Assembly (NCBI GenBank): GCA_963813715.1
Contig: CAWFAK010000007.1
Coordinates: forward strand, 544,001 to 608,000
Reading direction: 5' to 3'
DNA from: an uncultured Planctomycetaceae bacterium
GTDB lineage: Bacteria > Planctomycetota > Planctomycetia > Planctomycetales > Planctomycetaceae
Length of the DNA stretch: 64,000 nucleotides
Shown here: positions 1 to 10,590 of the stretch, piece by piece
Layout of the letters: the number at the start of each line of letters is the position of its first letter
Numbering within the stretch: position 1 is the stretch's first letter
Position numbers and translations under genes: made by a program
Notes under the pieces: generated by a model
Told to the model about the DNA's origin: nothing
The model's database searches: none
The model's input: only the letters and a program-made list of their open reading frames with translations

Positions 1-1
1 G

Positions 2-241
2 GTCAGCAAGTACAGCGTCACCCTGGAGGCCAACGCCAACAAAGAGGGGCACCTCTACGGCTCGATCGTCGCGACGGACATCAGCAAGGCGCTCAAGTCG
101 GCCGGTTACGCGGTTGAGCCGGACCACATTAAACTGGACGGTCCGCTCAAGGAACTGGGCATGTACACGGTGCGCGTCGAGCTGCACGCCGAGGTGAAGA
201 CCGAAGTCAAAGTCTGGGTCGTTCCCGCGGCGTCCAACTAG
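2..241 (+). CDS. rplI: 50S ribosomal protein L9, C-terminal part (5' truncated by window)
   Basis: Frame from base 2 reads VSKYSVTLEANANKEGHLYGSIVATDISKALK...DGPLKELGMYTVRVELHAEVKTEVKVWVV*, with the L9 C-domain LYGS and IKxLG-type motifs; lies directly upstream of dnaB. Confidence 0.93.
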   Translation, partial: VSKYSVTLEANANKEGHLYGSIVATDISKALKSAGYAVEPDHIKLDGPLKELGMYTVRVELHAEVKTEVKVWVVPAASN

Positions 242-352
242 CCGATCTCGGGTCGCTCCGATTCCTTGGCGCGGCCAGGATGCGCCGCGCCTCGGTTCGA
301 CCGACCCGCTTCCCCGACTCTCGGCGCCTGATTCAACGATCCGGAGGCAGGG

Positions 353-1726
353 ATGGCCACTGTCGAAGATTTTCTCACGCGACTGCCGCCGCAGAATCTC
401 GACGCGGAACGCAGCGTGCTCGGCAGCATGCTGTTTTCCAATGACGCCGTCGACGAGGTGGGTTCGTTCCTCAAGGCGACGCACTTCTATCACGACGCGC
501 ACCAGCAGATTTATGCGGCCATCTGCCGCATGCGCGAGCGGGGCCGGGGCGCCATCGACGCGGTGACGCTGGCCGAAGAGTTGGCGGGGCTCAAGCTGCT
601 CGAGGAGGTCGGCGGCCCCAGCTACCTGCACCAGATCCTGGAGACGGTGCCGCACGCGGCCCACGTCCGCTACTACGCCGACATCGTCCACGAAAAATAT
701 GTGCAGCGGGCCCTGATCGACACCTGCACCGAAGTGCTCCGGACCTGCTACGACTCGGGCCGCGCCGCCGATGACATCCTGCAGGAGACCGAGCAGAAGA
801 TCTTCTCCATCCTCGAACAACAGGAACGGGAGACCAAGATCTCGATCCGGGACATCCTGCTGGAGACCTTTTCGCGGATCGACGTCCGCATGCAACAGCC
901 GGGAGACGTCAGCGGACTGGCCACCACCTTCTCCGACGTCGACCACCTCACCACGGGCTTTCATCCGTCGGAGCTGATCATCCTGGCGGCGCGGCCCAGC
1001 ATGGGGAAAACGGCCCTCGTCTGTAACTTCGCCGAGTCGATCGCCCGCACCTCCAACCAGGGCGTGTTGCTCTTCAGCCTCGAGCAGTCGAAGCTCGAGC
1101 TGGCGGAACGCTTCCTCTGCATGGTCGCGCAGATCGACGGGCACAAGCTCCGCAACGGGCAGATCGACGAGGACCAGCAACAAAAACTCCTCGAAGCTTC
1201 GCACGCCCTGAGCGAAATCCCGATCTTCATCGACGACCAGCCCGCCCGCACCACTGCCCAGATCGGCGCGATCTCGCGGCGGCTCAAGCGGCAAAGCGGC
1301 CTGGGCCTGATCATCATCGACTATCTCCAGCTGATCGAACCGGACGATCGCCGAGCTCCCCGCGAGCAACAGATCTCGCAGATCACGCGGCGATTGAAGC
1401 AGCTCGCCAAGGAGATCAACGTGCCGGTGATCGCGCTGGCGCAGCTCAACCGCGGCGTCGAGCTGCGGGAGGAAAAGCGACCTCGCCTGGCCGACCTCCG
1501 CGAAAGCGGGGCCATCGAACAGGACGCCGACCTGGTCCTCTTCCTGCATCGGCCCGAAGCCTACGATCCGCAGGATCGCCCGAACGAGGCAGAACTGATC
1601 GTCGCCAAGCACCGCAGCGGCCCGACCGGCATCGTGAACCTCACTTGGCGCAAAGAATTCATGCGCTTCGAGAACTTCACCGCTCGGTCCGAACCGGGCG
1701 GATTCGACGATGACGAGTTTCGCTGA
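353..1726 (+). CDS. dnaB: Replicative DNA helicase
   Basis: PPQNLDAERSVLG, Walker A ARPSMGKT, IIDYLQL, LAQLNR, DLRESGAIEQDAD, KHRSGPTG. Confidence 0.98.
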   Translation: MATVEDFLTRLPPQNLDAERSVLGSMLFSNDAVDEVGSFLKATHFYHDAHQQIYAAICRMRERGRGAIDAVTLAEELAGLKLLEEVGGPSYLHQILETVPHAAHVRYYADIVHEKYVQRALIDTCTEVLRTCYDSGRAADDILQETEQKIFSILEQQERETKISIRDILLETFSRIDVRMQQPGDVSGLATTFSDVDHLTTGFHPSELIILAARPSMGKTALVCNFAESIARTSNQGVLLFSLEQSKLELAERFLCMVAQIDGHKLRNGQIDEDQQQKLLEASHALSEIPIFIDDQPARTTAQIGAISRRLKRQSGLGLIIIDYLQLIEPDDRRAPREQQISQITRRLKQLAKEINVPVIALAQLNRGVELREEKRPRLADLRESGAIEQDADLVLFLHRPEAYDPQDRPNEAELIVAKHRSGPTGIVNLTWRKEFMRFENFTARSEPGGFDDDEFR

Positions 1727-1903
1727 ACTCCGCCGACGGCAGCCAAGCCCTGTTTAGCTTTGACGTCGCGCGTTCGTTTGCCGTAATATGCATCCATCAA
1801 CGCGTGCAAGCGCGTTTACCTAAAGCCCACCTGAACCTCCGCCTGCGTTTGACCGCCTCGATTGGCCTGCCCCGATCCAAGCTGACCGTTTCCCTACCTG
1901 ATT

Positions 1904-1987
1904 TCGCTCTTTGATCCTGCTCGCCAACTGACTCGCTCTTTAGATTTTGCTCGCCGACTGTCGCTCCCTGATTTTGCTCGCCGACTG
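1904..1987. repeat. Three imperfect tandem repeats of about 28 bp, TCGCTCYYT(A)GATYYTGCTCGCCRACTG
   Basis: Units at 1904-1930, 1933-1960 and 1961-1987, read directly from the sequence. Confidence 0.85.
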
Positions 1988-2030
1988 AGTTCCTCCGCCC
2001 GATTGCCCGCCCTCCGTGGGGACCCGCCGC

Positions 2031-4143
2031 ATGCAGCCGACCCGCCGCGCTTGCGTGGTCATTTTGGCCGTGGTCATTTGGGAATTGCCCGCTGGTGCAT
2101 TCGGCACCGGTGCCACGGCATGGGCGCAGACCATCTCCTCCGTCACGCCACTGGCGTTGCGGCCGGGGCAGACGCAGGACGTCGTGCTGGCCGGAAACGG
2201 TCTCGGCGACGCCCGCCAGTTCTGGTCCAGCTTCCCGCAAAAGTCGGCCCTTGCCACGGAACCGGCTAATGCCAAAAAGAACCCCGCGTTGGCCACCTTC
2301 CGCATCACCGTTCCGCCGCAGACGCCACTGGGGATTTACGGAATTCGGGTGGCAACGAATAGCGGCGTTTCGCCCCTGAAGCTGGTGCTGCTCGACGATC
2401 TGCCGACCGTGCGGGCCACCGGCGCGAATCTCTCGCGACGCATCGCCCAGGCGTTGAGCCTGCCGACGGCCGTCGAAGGCACGCTCGGTCCGCAGCAACT
2501 GCACTACTTCAAGTTTCACATCGAAGCGGGGCAGGGCGTTTCGTTCGAGGTCTACGCTCGTCGGATCGGATCGCTGCTGGACCCCACGCTCCGGCTCTTC
2601 GACGCGAGGGGCCGCGAAGTCACCTATAGCGACGACGTCCCCGGGCTGAGCGAAGACGCGGCGATCCACCGGACGTTTCGCAAGGCCGGCGACTATGTCC
2701 TGGAGCTGGGCGACAACCTGTACCAGGGAGGTAGCGACTACTTCTACCGCATTCGCATCGGCGACTTTGCCGCGGCCCCCCTCCCCTACCCGCTGGCAGC
2801 CACGCGGGGCAGCGAATTCACCTGCCGCTTCGCCGACAGCGCGGCAAGCCCGATCGAACCTGTCCGCGGCAAGGCTCCCACGAACCCGATGCAAACCGCA
2901 CTCTTCCTTCCCGTTCGACAAAACGGCGGCGACGCGCAGAGCTTCGCGCCAATCCTCCTCTCCGACCACCGACAAGCCAGCGAAGCGGAACCCAACAACA
3001 GCGCGAAGACGGCTACCCGCGTGAATCTGGGCGACGATTTGAACGGCCGGCTCGAAACGTCGGACGATGTCGACAACTTTGTCTTTCATGCCTCCGCCGG
3101 CGAGTTGGTGCGATTCAAGTCGATTTCGCGCCGACTGGGCTCCCCGGCCGATGTGGTCCTCCGCGTGCTCGATGCGCAGGGCAACCCGCTGGCCGCCGCC
3201 GAGAGCCAGGGGTCCGAGGAAGCCACGCTCTGGGTGACTTTTCCCGCGGCGGCCGATTACACGCTCGAAGTTCGCGACCTCAATCACCGCGGCAATCCGC
3301 GGTTCGTCTACCACATCGACGTCGTCGCCGAGCCGTCCCAGCCTCCCAAAGAGCAGTCTCCCAAAAGCGGATCGGCCAAAGAGCCAAAACACGTCGCGCG
3401 ACATGTGCACACCTTTACGCTGAATGCTGCCGCCGACTCGGTGGTGATTCCCGGCGGGCGGAACGGCGGCGATCCCCGTCTCGTCGGTGCGTTCCCATTA
3501 CAACGGCTCGATCTTCGTGCAGGCGGTCGACCTGCCGCCGGGAGTGAAGAGCCGACCGACGTGGATCGGCGGCGGTGAAGATCTCGCCGAGTTGACGCTG
3601 CAGTCGACAGGCGAGCTTCCGGCAGGCGTCATCCATTCCATTCGCATCGTGGGCTCCCCCGAACATTCTGACGCGACGGTCATGGCACAAGCGACCGAAG
3701 CTGTCCGCACGCAGCTCGGCAACATGCCGTACCCACCGCTGGGACTGTGCGGCAATCTGGCGCTCGTCGCCGGACCGCGGCCCAACTTCACGCTCCACAC
3801 CGAGCCCGGCGAAATCGTCCTCAGCCCCGACCACTCGACGAAGTGCAAACTGATCGCCGAACGACAAAAGGGGTTCGACGACGAGATTGCCCTGGCGGTG
3901 AGCCCCGTCAAGAAGGGTCTGCCGCCGGGAGTCAGCGTCAGCGTCAAGCCGATCGCCAAGGGCGCGGCCTCCGCCGAAATCACATTCTCGGCCAACGGAA
4001 AGGCCGACCCAACCGTGGCGACCGTGGTCTTGGTCGGGACGATCAAACGGGGCAACCAGGCGTTCAGCGAGCCGGCTCCAGGCATCGAGCTGACCGTCAA
4101 ACGGGCGAGTGCCAAGCGAAAACCTGAAGGGAAAAAGTCATGA
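2031..4143 (+). CDS. Exported PPC (pre-peptidase C-terminal) domain protein of planctomycete DUF1553 clusters; frameshift near 3460
   Basis: Signal peptide, EAEPNNS..A, DVDNFVF, RRIGSLLDPTLRLFD, YRIRIG; ORFs 2016-3578 and 3487-4143 join into one protein. Confidence 0.8.
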
Positions 4144-6654
4144 GGAACCGAGTCCCTGTCGCCCGCCGATCGCGTCTGGCGGCTTTCGCCGTAACATTCG
4201 CTCCGGCAGTCGCTCTCGCACTCGCGCTCGTCGCTCAGGGTTTCCGCCCGGCGATCCGCGGCCGAGGCCAAATCCAAGAAGACGCCCCCCGAGCCGCCCG
4301 CCAAACTGTCGCTCGAGCCGGCAAAGTTCGAGTTCTCCAATCCGCGGACGACGCTGCAACTGGTCGCTAGCGGCACCTACGGGGGCGACCGCGTCCGCGA
4401 TCTGACGGCCGATGTGAAGCTCAGCTCGTCCGACCCGAAGATCGCCCGTATCAAGGGAACGACCGTCATTCCGGTCGGCGACGGCACGGCCAAGATCACC
4501 GCGAAGATCGGTGACCGCGAGGCCACGGCCGAGGTCGTCGTCCGCGGTCTCGACGATGCGGTTCCGGTCAGCTTCAAGAATGAAACGCTGCCGGCCCTCA
4601 CCAAGGCAGGCTGCAACATGGGGGCCTGTCACGGCTCGCCCTCGGGCAAAAACGGCTTCCGCCTGTCGCTCCGCGGCTTCGATCCGCCCCTCGACATCCT
4701 CACCCTGCGGACGGAGTACTACGGCCGCCGCACCAACCTGATGGATCCGGCCGAAAGCCTGATCCTGAAGAAGCCGCTGATGGAAGTGGCCCACGGCGGC
4801 GGCCGGCGGCTTCATAAGGGGGATGCCTGTTATCGCGTGCTCTTCGATTGGATCTCCGGCGGCATGCCGGTCGACGCGGCCGGCACGCCCGACTTGGTGA
4901 AGATCGTTCTCTCGCCGTCGCAGCGAGTCTTCCACGATCTGGGCAAGCGTCAGCAATTGCGGGTCGACGGCTATTTCAGCGACGGCAGCGTCCAGGACCT
5001 CACCGCGCTCACCGTCTTCAGCTCCTCGAACGAATCCGTGGCCACCGTGACTGCCGACGGCCTGGTCGAAAAGACGGGCCGCGGCGAAACGGCCATGCTG
5101 GCCCGCTTCCTCGACAAGATGTCGACGGCTTACATCACGTTTCTGGGAGACGTGAAGGGCTTCGCCTGGAACAATCCGCCCGTTCACAACTTCGTCGACA
5201 CGCTGGTCTACGAAAAGCTCCACCAACTGCAGATCGTCCCTTCGGAGACGTGCAGCGACGAAGAATTCGTCCGCCGCGCCTACCTCGATGCCGACGGCCG
5301 CCTGCCGCGGACCGAGGAAACGATCGCGTTCCTCGGCAGTCACGACTCGGCCAAGCGGGCTAAGCTGGTGGACGAACTGGTCGACAGCGCCGACTGTGCC
5401 GAGTTCTGGACGCTCAAGTGGTGCGACGTGTTGCGGGCCAACAGCAAGAAGCTCGAGCCGGCCGGCGTCCGCAAGTTCCGCCGCTGGGTCTACGAGAGCG
5501 TGCTGGCCGACAAGCCGCTCGACCAGATGGCCCGCGAGCTTTTGACCTCGCAGGGGAGCGTCTTCGAGAACCCGGCTGCCAACTACTGGCGAGCCAGCCG
5601 CGACCCGCAGGACGCCACCGAGACAACGGCCCAGCTCTTCCTGGGCATCCGCATTCAATGCGCGAAGTGCCATAACCATCCGTTCGAGCGCTGGTCGCAG
5701 GACAACTATTACGGCATCGCTGCCGCCTTCGCCCGCGTGGGCCGCCGACCCGGAGGCAACTCCAAAGAGGAAGAAGTCGTCTTCCGCGAGAACGCCGGCG
5801 AAGTCCAGCAGCCCCGGACCGGCCAGACAATGAAAGTCCATCTCCTGCTCAAAGGCGACGTCGACGTGCCCAACGACCAGGACCGCCGGGCCGTCTTCGC
5901 CAGTTGGCTCACCGCGTCCGATAACCCGTTCTTTGCGAAAACCTGCGTCAACCGCATCTGGGGACACCTGATGGGCCGCGGCATCGTCGAACCCGTCGAC
6001 GACTTCCGCGACTCCAATCCCCCCTCCATCGCCAAGCTGCTCGACGAGTTGTCCCGTCAATTCGTCACCAACGGCTACAGCAGCAAATGGGTGATGCGGA
6101 CCATCATGAAAAGCCACATCTATGAGCTGTCAGCCCGCAAGAACGACTTCAATAAAGATGACGAAATCTACTTCTCGCACGCCAACACGCGGATGCTGAC
6201 GGCCGAGCAGTTGCTCGACGCCATCTGCGACGTGACCGACGTGCCCGAACGATACACCGGCTTGCCCGCCGGCACGCGGGCCGTCGAGCTGCCCGATCCG
6301 CAGCCGGACAACTACTTCCTCAAAGTCTTCGGCCAACCGCAGCGGGAGATGGCCTGCCAGTGCGAACGCTCGACCGATTCCAACCTGTCGCAGGCGCTGC
6401 AGATGATCAACGGGCCTGTCGTCCACAACAAGCTCCGCGACGATGCGGGCCGCATCCCGCAGATGATCAAGGCGGGCAAGAAAGACGAGGCCATCATCGA
6501 CTCGCTGTACTTAGTCGCCCTTTCCCGTCCGCCGGCCGCGGAGGAACTGGCCGCGTCGAAGGCGCACATCGCCCGCTCGTCGGACCGCCGACAGGCGCTC
6601 GAAGACATCGGCTGGGCGATCCTCAACTGCAAGGAATTCTTGTTCCAGCACTGA
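4140..6654 (+). CDS. DUF1549/DUF1553 protein with Ig-like domains; frameshift near 4230-4250
   Basis: GCNMGACHG, KNGFRLSLRGFDP, FVRRAYLD, IQCAKCHNHPFERW, VNRIWGHLMGRGIVEPVDD, terminal EFLFQH; ATGA overlap with the upstream gene. Confidence 0.92.
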
Positions 6655-6690
6655 GGCAGCTTGTTTCGACCGGCAACTCGCACGGCTAAA

Positions 6691-7584
6691 ATGGCGAGCG
6701 AAAGGCGTCCGACCATGGTCCGCCAACCGCGATCGTCCGGCCGAACTGCCCTCCTCCGCGACCGGGCACTGCGTTCGCTGAAGAACATCGCGGCGCGGAC
6801 ACTGCCTCGGCGGAATCCGCGGCTCCCGTCCGATCGGCTGTCGCCGTTTTCGCGGCGGAGATTGCGACGGTCGAAGTCCGACCCGCAGAGCCAGGCGAAC
6901 GAGGCGACAACAACTCCGGCGGTCGCACGTCGAATTCCGCTGGCGGCCAAGCTGGCTTACACGGCCTTCATGGCGGTGCTCGTCCCCTCGTATACGTATT
7001 TCTACGGCCCGACCAACTTCCTCTACTTTTGCGATGTGGCCCTGCTCATCACCCTCGTGGCGATGTGGGCGGAAAGTCCGCTGCTGGCCTCGATGCCGGC
7101 GGCCGGTATCCTGTTGCCCCAGGCGCTCTGGGTGGTCGACTTTTTAGGCGGCTGCGTCGGGCACCACGTGACGGGCATGTCGGCCTACATGTTTCACGGG
7201 GACCACACGTTCCTCTCGCTCTTCAAACGGGGGCTATCGTTCTTTCATTTCTGGCTGCCGTTCCTGGTGCTGTGGAACGTCTGGCGACTGGGCTACGACC
7301 GCCGCGCGCTTGCCGCCTGGAGCGTGCTGGCGTGGGGCCTCTTGCTCCTGTGCTATTTTGCCATGCCGGCCCCGCCCGCCCCGGCGTCCAATCCCGACCT
7401 GCCCGTCAACATCAACTACGTCTACGGCCCGAGCGACGACCGAGCCCAGACCTGGATGCCGCCCCTGGCATGGCTGGCCCTCTTGATGGTCGGCATGCCG
7501 GCGGTGATCTACGTGCCGACGCACCTGGTCCTCGCCCGCGTCATTGCCCCCGCGCCGTCCCCGCGACCACCGGTCAGCACCTAG
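6691..7584 (+). CDS. Hypothetical integral membrane protein (start uncertain)
   Basis: Several hydrophobic segments in the C-terminal two-thirds (YGPTNFLYFCDVALL, SFFHFWLP, NINYVYG). Confidence 0.7.
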   Translation: MASERRPTMVRQPRSSGRTALLRDRALRSLKNIAARTLPRRNPRLPSDRLSPFSRRRLRRSKSDPQSQANEATTTPAVARRIPLAAKLAYTAFMAVLVPSYTYFYGPTNFLYFCDVALLITLVAMWAESPLLASMPAAGILLPQALWVVDFLGGCVGHHVTGMSAYMFHGDHTFLSLFKRGLSFFHFWLPFLVLWNVWRLGYDRRALAAWSVLAWGLLLLCYFAMPAPPAPASNPDLPVNINYVYGPSDDRAQTWMPPLAWLALLMVGMPAVIYVPTHLVLARVIAPAPSPRPPVST

Positions 7585-7594
7585 CCGGCCGTTT

Positions 7595-8090
7595 GTGTCC
7601 CGCCCCACTGGACTCGCGCGTGTTTAGGTCCCGATCAATCCCGTCCCGACCTTCGAGTCCCGTCCCCCGGCCTGCGACTATGGAGAAATTTCCCCCCCGG
7701 TTCACACGGGGGCTCGGCAATTCGATCCCGTCCCATCTGCCGTCCCTTTCAAAGAAAGTGTCCGGACCGGACGTTTGTCCGCCGTAAGTCACTGCGCTCC
7801 AAAGACTACGGCCGGACTCTTTCGAATTGTTAAGGCCGGACCGGACGCCGGACCAGTCTCTGAGTCCCGACCTTTTAGTCCCCGTCTCCGCGTTAGTGTC
7901 CCGTCCCACCATCTGTTTCCCAGGCCCTCGCGGGAGGGCCAGGAGGCGACGCGGCCGTCACTCATTCGAGTCCCGTCCCATTCCGTCCCGTTCTTTGAGT
8001 CCCGTCCCATGCACCGGTTGGATCCGACCTTGGACTTTGGACCCAGACCTTGGACTCGTCGGCTCCACGCCGGCGCGTGTCCCGTCCCGC
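7595..8090. repeat. Cluster 1 of the dispersed TCCCGTCCC motif
   Basis: Exact copies start at 7639, 7658, 7726, 7899, 7971, 8000 and 8080, plus about 6 near-copies, all in one orientation. Confidence 0.9.
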
Positions 8091-8147
8091 TCATCCTAGC
8101 CGGGGCGCGCCTGATTTTCGCGCGCGGGGAGGATTCACCTCTATCGA

Positions 8148-8181
8148 GAAGAGGATCCCACCCCGCCGGGGATCTTTTTTT
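8148..8181 (+). terminator. Putative intrinsic terminator
   Basis: AAGAGGATCCC-ACCCCGCC-GGGGATCTTTTTTT hairpin followed by a T-tract. Confidence 0.55.
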
Positions 8182-8537
8182 GTCCCCGGCAGGAATCTAT
8201 TCGCCGGCGGAGACTGACCGACGGACTCTCAGCGCTCGACGGTCCGCTCGGCGCGCACCGATTGCGGTGCGGCCAAGAGCCTCTCTCTCCATTCAGCCAC
8301 AAAAGTCCGATTCATCCAAGATCAGTTTTCGCCAGACGGCGTGCTTTGAGGACAGGCAGGTGCGGGATGGCTGCGGGTCGTCGATCGTTGAGCGCGAAAC
8401 GACCAGGGGTTGGTGACGTCCCCGGGTCCGCCGTGCAGGAACAGCTACTGTTAGCGTCTTTCCGACAGTCGCGAGCGGACTCACAGCGGCAGAAACGGTG
8501 TATGCTACGCGAGGCAAATCTCGAAAGGGGCTGAAAG

Positions 8538-9110
8538 ATGAACCTCTGGGCGCCGCCGGAACGGACTGAGGACGAGAAGGTCGCGCTGTTCGGCACGCTC
8601 GACGAGGAAGGCTTCACCAACGCGGCAGTCGGCCTGTGGATGGACCTTCTGAGCTGTCCGCTTGCTCATGCCGCTTCTGACGCGTTTCATACGGTCGAGC
8701 CCCCGCCGCTCGGAGAAATGCGCCGCTACCCGCCACTGCCCGAGGCCACGAAGAAGCTTTTCGCTGAGATCCAGCAGGCCAAGCTGTCCAGTGATCTGGG
8801 CGCGGCACAGAGGATCGTGCGGAATCTCTACGGCGGTGCGAGCAACTCACCGAAGGTGTTGTCTGCCGACGGAAGCGTTCCTCTCGACGCGCTCGGACTG
8901 ACGAATGAGGAATTCGTCGAGGGCATTTTCAGTCGCGCGGCGCTCGGGAAATTGGCCCTGATGGCCGACGCGTGCCGGAGGGAATTGGGATACCGGTGGC
9001 GGTACCCCGAGTGCGTCGTGCCGTCACTGAAGGCGGTCATGCGAGAAGCATTTTGCAACATCGACGCGCTGATCGAGAGATTCGCATTCCTCAAAAGCGA
9101 CGAGAGTTGA
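8538..9110 (+). CDS. Hypothetical protein (190 aa), no recognisable family
   Basis: ATG preceded by AAGGGG; TATGCT -10-like box about 30 nt upstream; normal globular composition. Confidence 0.6.
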   Translation: MNLWAPPERTEDEKVALFGTLDEEGFTNAAVGLWMDLLSCPLAHAASDAFHTVEPPPLGEMRRYPPLPEATKKLFAEIQQAKLSSDLGAAQRIVRNLYGGASNSPKVLSADGSVPLDALGLTNEEFVEGIFSRAALGKLALMADACRRELGYRWRYPECVVPSLKAVMREAFCNIDALIERFAFLKSDES

Positions 9111-9238
9111 TCGTAGCGGCAGCGTGGCCACTACCGGAGACCTTCGGGAGAATTACCATTCATTGAGAGCCTTAAGCGGGGGTGTTAGGCTGCTGGGGGG
9201 CTTTCAAAGTCCGCTCGAACGTCGAGCCGAGGGATCCC

Positions 9239-10520
9239 GTGGCCATCGATCTGAACGTCAACATCGCCGCGTCTGACTTTAAGGCGAATCCGTTCCCGAT
9301 TTATCGCCGACTGCGGGAAACGTCCCCCGTCCACCGGGTAAAACTTCCCGATGGCCAGATGGGCTGGCTGGTGACGCGTTACGACGACGTGGTGCGCGTG
9401 CTCACGGACGATCGGTTCGCCAAAGACGCCTTTCGTGTGCTCTCGAAAGAACAGTTGTCGAAGGCGCCGCTTTTGGCCAAGCTGATGACGCCGCTGCTCA
9501 TGCCGCGTGGCACGGCACATGCTCAACCGCGACCCGCCCGATCACACGCGCCTCAGGGCGCTCGTGCAGCAGGCGTTCTCGCCGCGGCTCGTGGAGGGGA
9601 TGCGCGGCCGCATCCAGGCGCTTGCCGACGAACTGTTCGACCGCGTCGAGCGCCGCGGTCGGATGGATCTCATCGCCGACTACGCGTTGCCGATCCCGAC
9701 GACGGTCATTGCCGAGATGCTGGGCGTGCCCGTGGCCGATCGCCACAAGTTCCATCGCTGGTCAGGCGCGATGTTAGCGGCAGGCGCCACGCGGTTCGGC
9801 CTGCTGCGGGCGATGCCGAGCGCCTTGCGCTTTATGCGCTACATTCGCCAGCTCATCAAAATTCGCCGCGCCAACCTGCGCGATGACCTGATCAGCGCGC
9901 TCATCACGGCCAAAGACGCGAACGAACGTTTGAACGACGACGAATTGCTGTCGATGATTCTGCTCTTGATCGTTGCCGGGCACGAAACGACGGTCAATCT
10001 GATCGCCAGCGGCATCCTGGCGCTTTTGCAGCATCCCGACCAGTTGAAACGACTGCGCAGCGACCCGGCCTTGATCAAGCCGGCCGTCGAAGAGTTGTTG
10101 CGATTCACGGCCCCGGTCGAGACGGGGACCGAACGCTTCGCGACCGAGGAAGTCGAAATCGCGGGCGTGAAGATCGCCCAGGGAGCTTTGGTGATTGCGT
10201 CGATCGCCTCGGCCAACCGGGACGAGAGTCAGTTCGCCGGCCCCGATACGCTCGACATCACTCGCGAGCCAAACAGGCACCTGGCGTTCGGCCAGGGAAT
10301 CCATTTCTGCTTGGGCGCGTCGCTCGCGCGGCTGGAAGGACAAACCGCGATCAAGACGCTCTTGGCCCGCACGAGCGATTTGCGGCTGGCGGTCGACCCG
10401 GCCGCGCTGCGCTGGCGGAGCGGTCTCGTCCTGCGCGGGTTGAAGGCGCTCCCCGTTTCCTTCACGCCCGCAGCTCCCCGAGTCGCGCGGCCGGAGCTGG
10501 CCGAGACCCTTTCTCATTAG
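9239..10520 (+). CDS. Cytochrome P450 (CYP107-like); frameshift near 9508
   Basis: DPPDHTRLR, AGHETT, EELLR, heme motif HLAFGQGIHFCLGA. Confidence 0.95.
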
Positions 10521-10590
10521 TTGTGCCGCCTGAGAGCTCGCACGGCTGCCGCGTGCGAACCCGCTCCCGGCCTCGTGGCACCTCAGGTCT

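Noticed and set aside
7595..8090. Motif islands as CRISPR arrays
   Set aside because: The repeat is only 9-12 bp, spacing is irregular, and there are no cas genes in the window.
7574..8416. ORFs across the motif islands (e.g. 7775-8416, 7789-8094, 39004-39354, 39060-39470)
   Set aside because: The motif falls in all frames, the translations are low-complexity, and there is no coding bias or Shine-Dalgarno.
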